In this document: in pieces, positions 63,174-64,000 of the stretch | Layout of the letters: every line of letters starts with the position of its first letter | How positions within the stretch are numbered: position 1 is the first letter of the stretch | Assembly: GCA_030390025.1 (NCBI GenBank) | Contig: CM059432.1 | Span: 64,296,001-64,360,000, forward strand | DNA: 64,000 nucleotides | Source of the DNA: Squalus acanthias | Lineage: Eukaryota | Direction: 5' to 3' | The notes under the pieces: model-generated | Database searches by the model: none | The model's input: only the letters and a program-made list of their open reading frames with translations | Told to the model about the DNA's origin: nothing | Program-made: the position numbers and the translations under genes

Positions 63174-63559
63174 TTAGAGTGTGGCCATGCAAAGGGCCCA
63201 TTAGTTAATTTAAACGTATTTAAACTGAAATCTCTATTTCTATTCAGACAGCTTGTTAATATGTTCTCTTTTTCTTAAATAATCTGGAATAATAATAATA
63301 GGATTCCCACAGGTAACGTTATCTGTTTTTCTCAACATGCACATTTGACAATCCTTTCACATTTATGTAAGCGCTAGTTGACCTCCCATGGCATTATGCA
63401 TGAGGGGTGAAGACCAAGTATGGTCTCCCGATTAAAGAGGATAGTAGGTGGCGGATAATTGGACCAGAATGTGTAGACATATTTCAGCGTCTATTTTGAA
63501 GTAATTCATTCTTTCCTAATTTTAGATAAAATGTTGGCAAAGCTAATGGCAATTTGGGA

Positions 63560-64000
63560 AGCAGAGATTTTGGCCGTTATTTTCTCAAGGCAGGCGGGTT
63601 GTGGGTGGGGGCTGCCGAGGTGGGTGGGAAACCCAGGAGGCCGGGTTTCCACAGGCCCTGCCGACTGTAACAGCAGGGCCTGATTTGCATGTGAGGCCTC
63701 GGGTTCCCGGCCTCGGTTGGGGATCGGGAAGTGGGGAGAGAATTGGCTGGGATCATGGATCGGGAGGGGGGGAGAGGATCGGGGATTGGGAGGGGGGAGA
63801 GAGGATCGGGGCCGGCCTCATCATTATCGTTGGGGGGGGGGGCGGGGAGGCTTGGGGTGGGGTAGGTGGTCGGAGGTCTCCGATCGCGGGGGATGGGTTA
63901 GGCAGGGACCCTGGATCCAGGAGGTAGGTATAAAGCCACTTATCTCCTGGATGCTGCAGTCCCCACCTCTGTTTAACTGCCAAGTTTCACGAATTGTATG
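63560..64000. mobile_element. probable MITE with G-rich ggatcggg repeats, cut by window edge
   Basis: Abrupt GC-rich block after a gcagagatttt start. Confidence 0.4.

Overview
Vertebrate genomic DNA that is mostly transposable-element sequence. The repeat content points to a cartilaginous fish (shark), but this is inferred, not shown. No intact host gene is evident. The window holds: (i) many CR1-type LINEs, including three near-full-length minus-strand copies with a zinc-finger/SGNH-esterase ORF1 and an APE+RT ORF2; (ii) fragments of a second LINE family (VALDIKAAFDR-type RT); (iii) PIF/Harbinger-type DNA elements, namely about a dozen MITE-like elements (the best ones with TIRs and 3-bp TSDs) and a spliced three-exon Myb/SANT-only element; (iv) Penelope-like retroelement (PLE) remnants of two families; (v) Deu-domain tRNA SINEs; (vi) a 59/63-bp minisatellite and polypyrimidine tracts. 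The most notable signal is a set of minimal hammerhead-ribozyme motifs with covarying stems in the PLE repeats. Most sit in short fold-back insertions flanked by 12-15 bp target duplications. Region 9.3-25.6 kb is a reconstructable multi-level nest of elements. All calls are by eye, and boundaries without a stated TSD are approximate.
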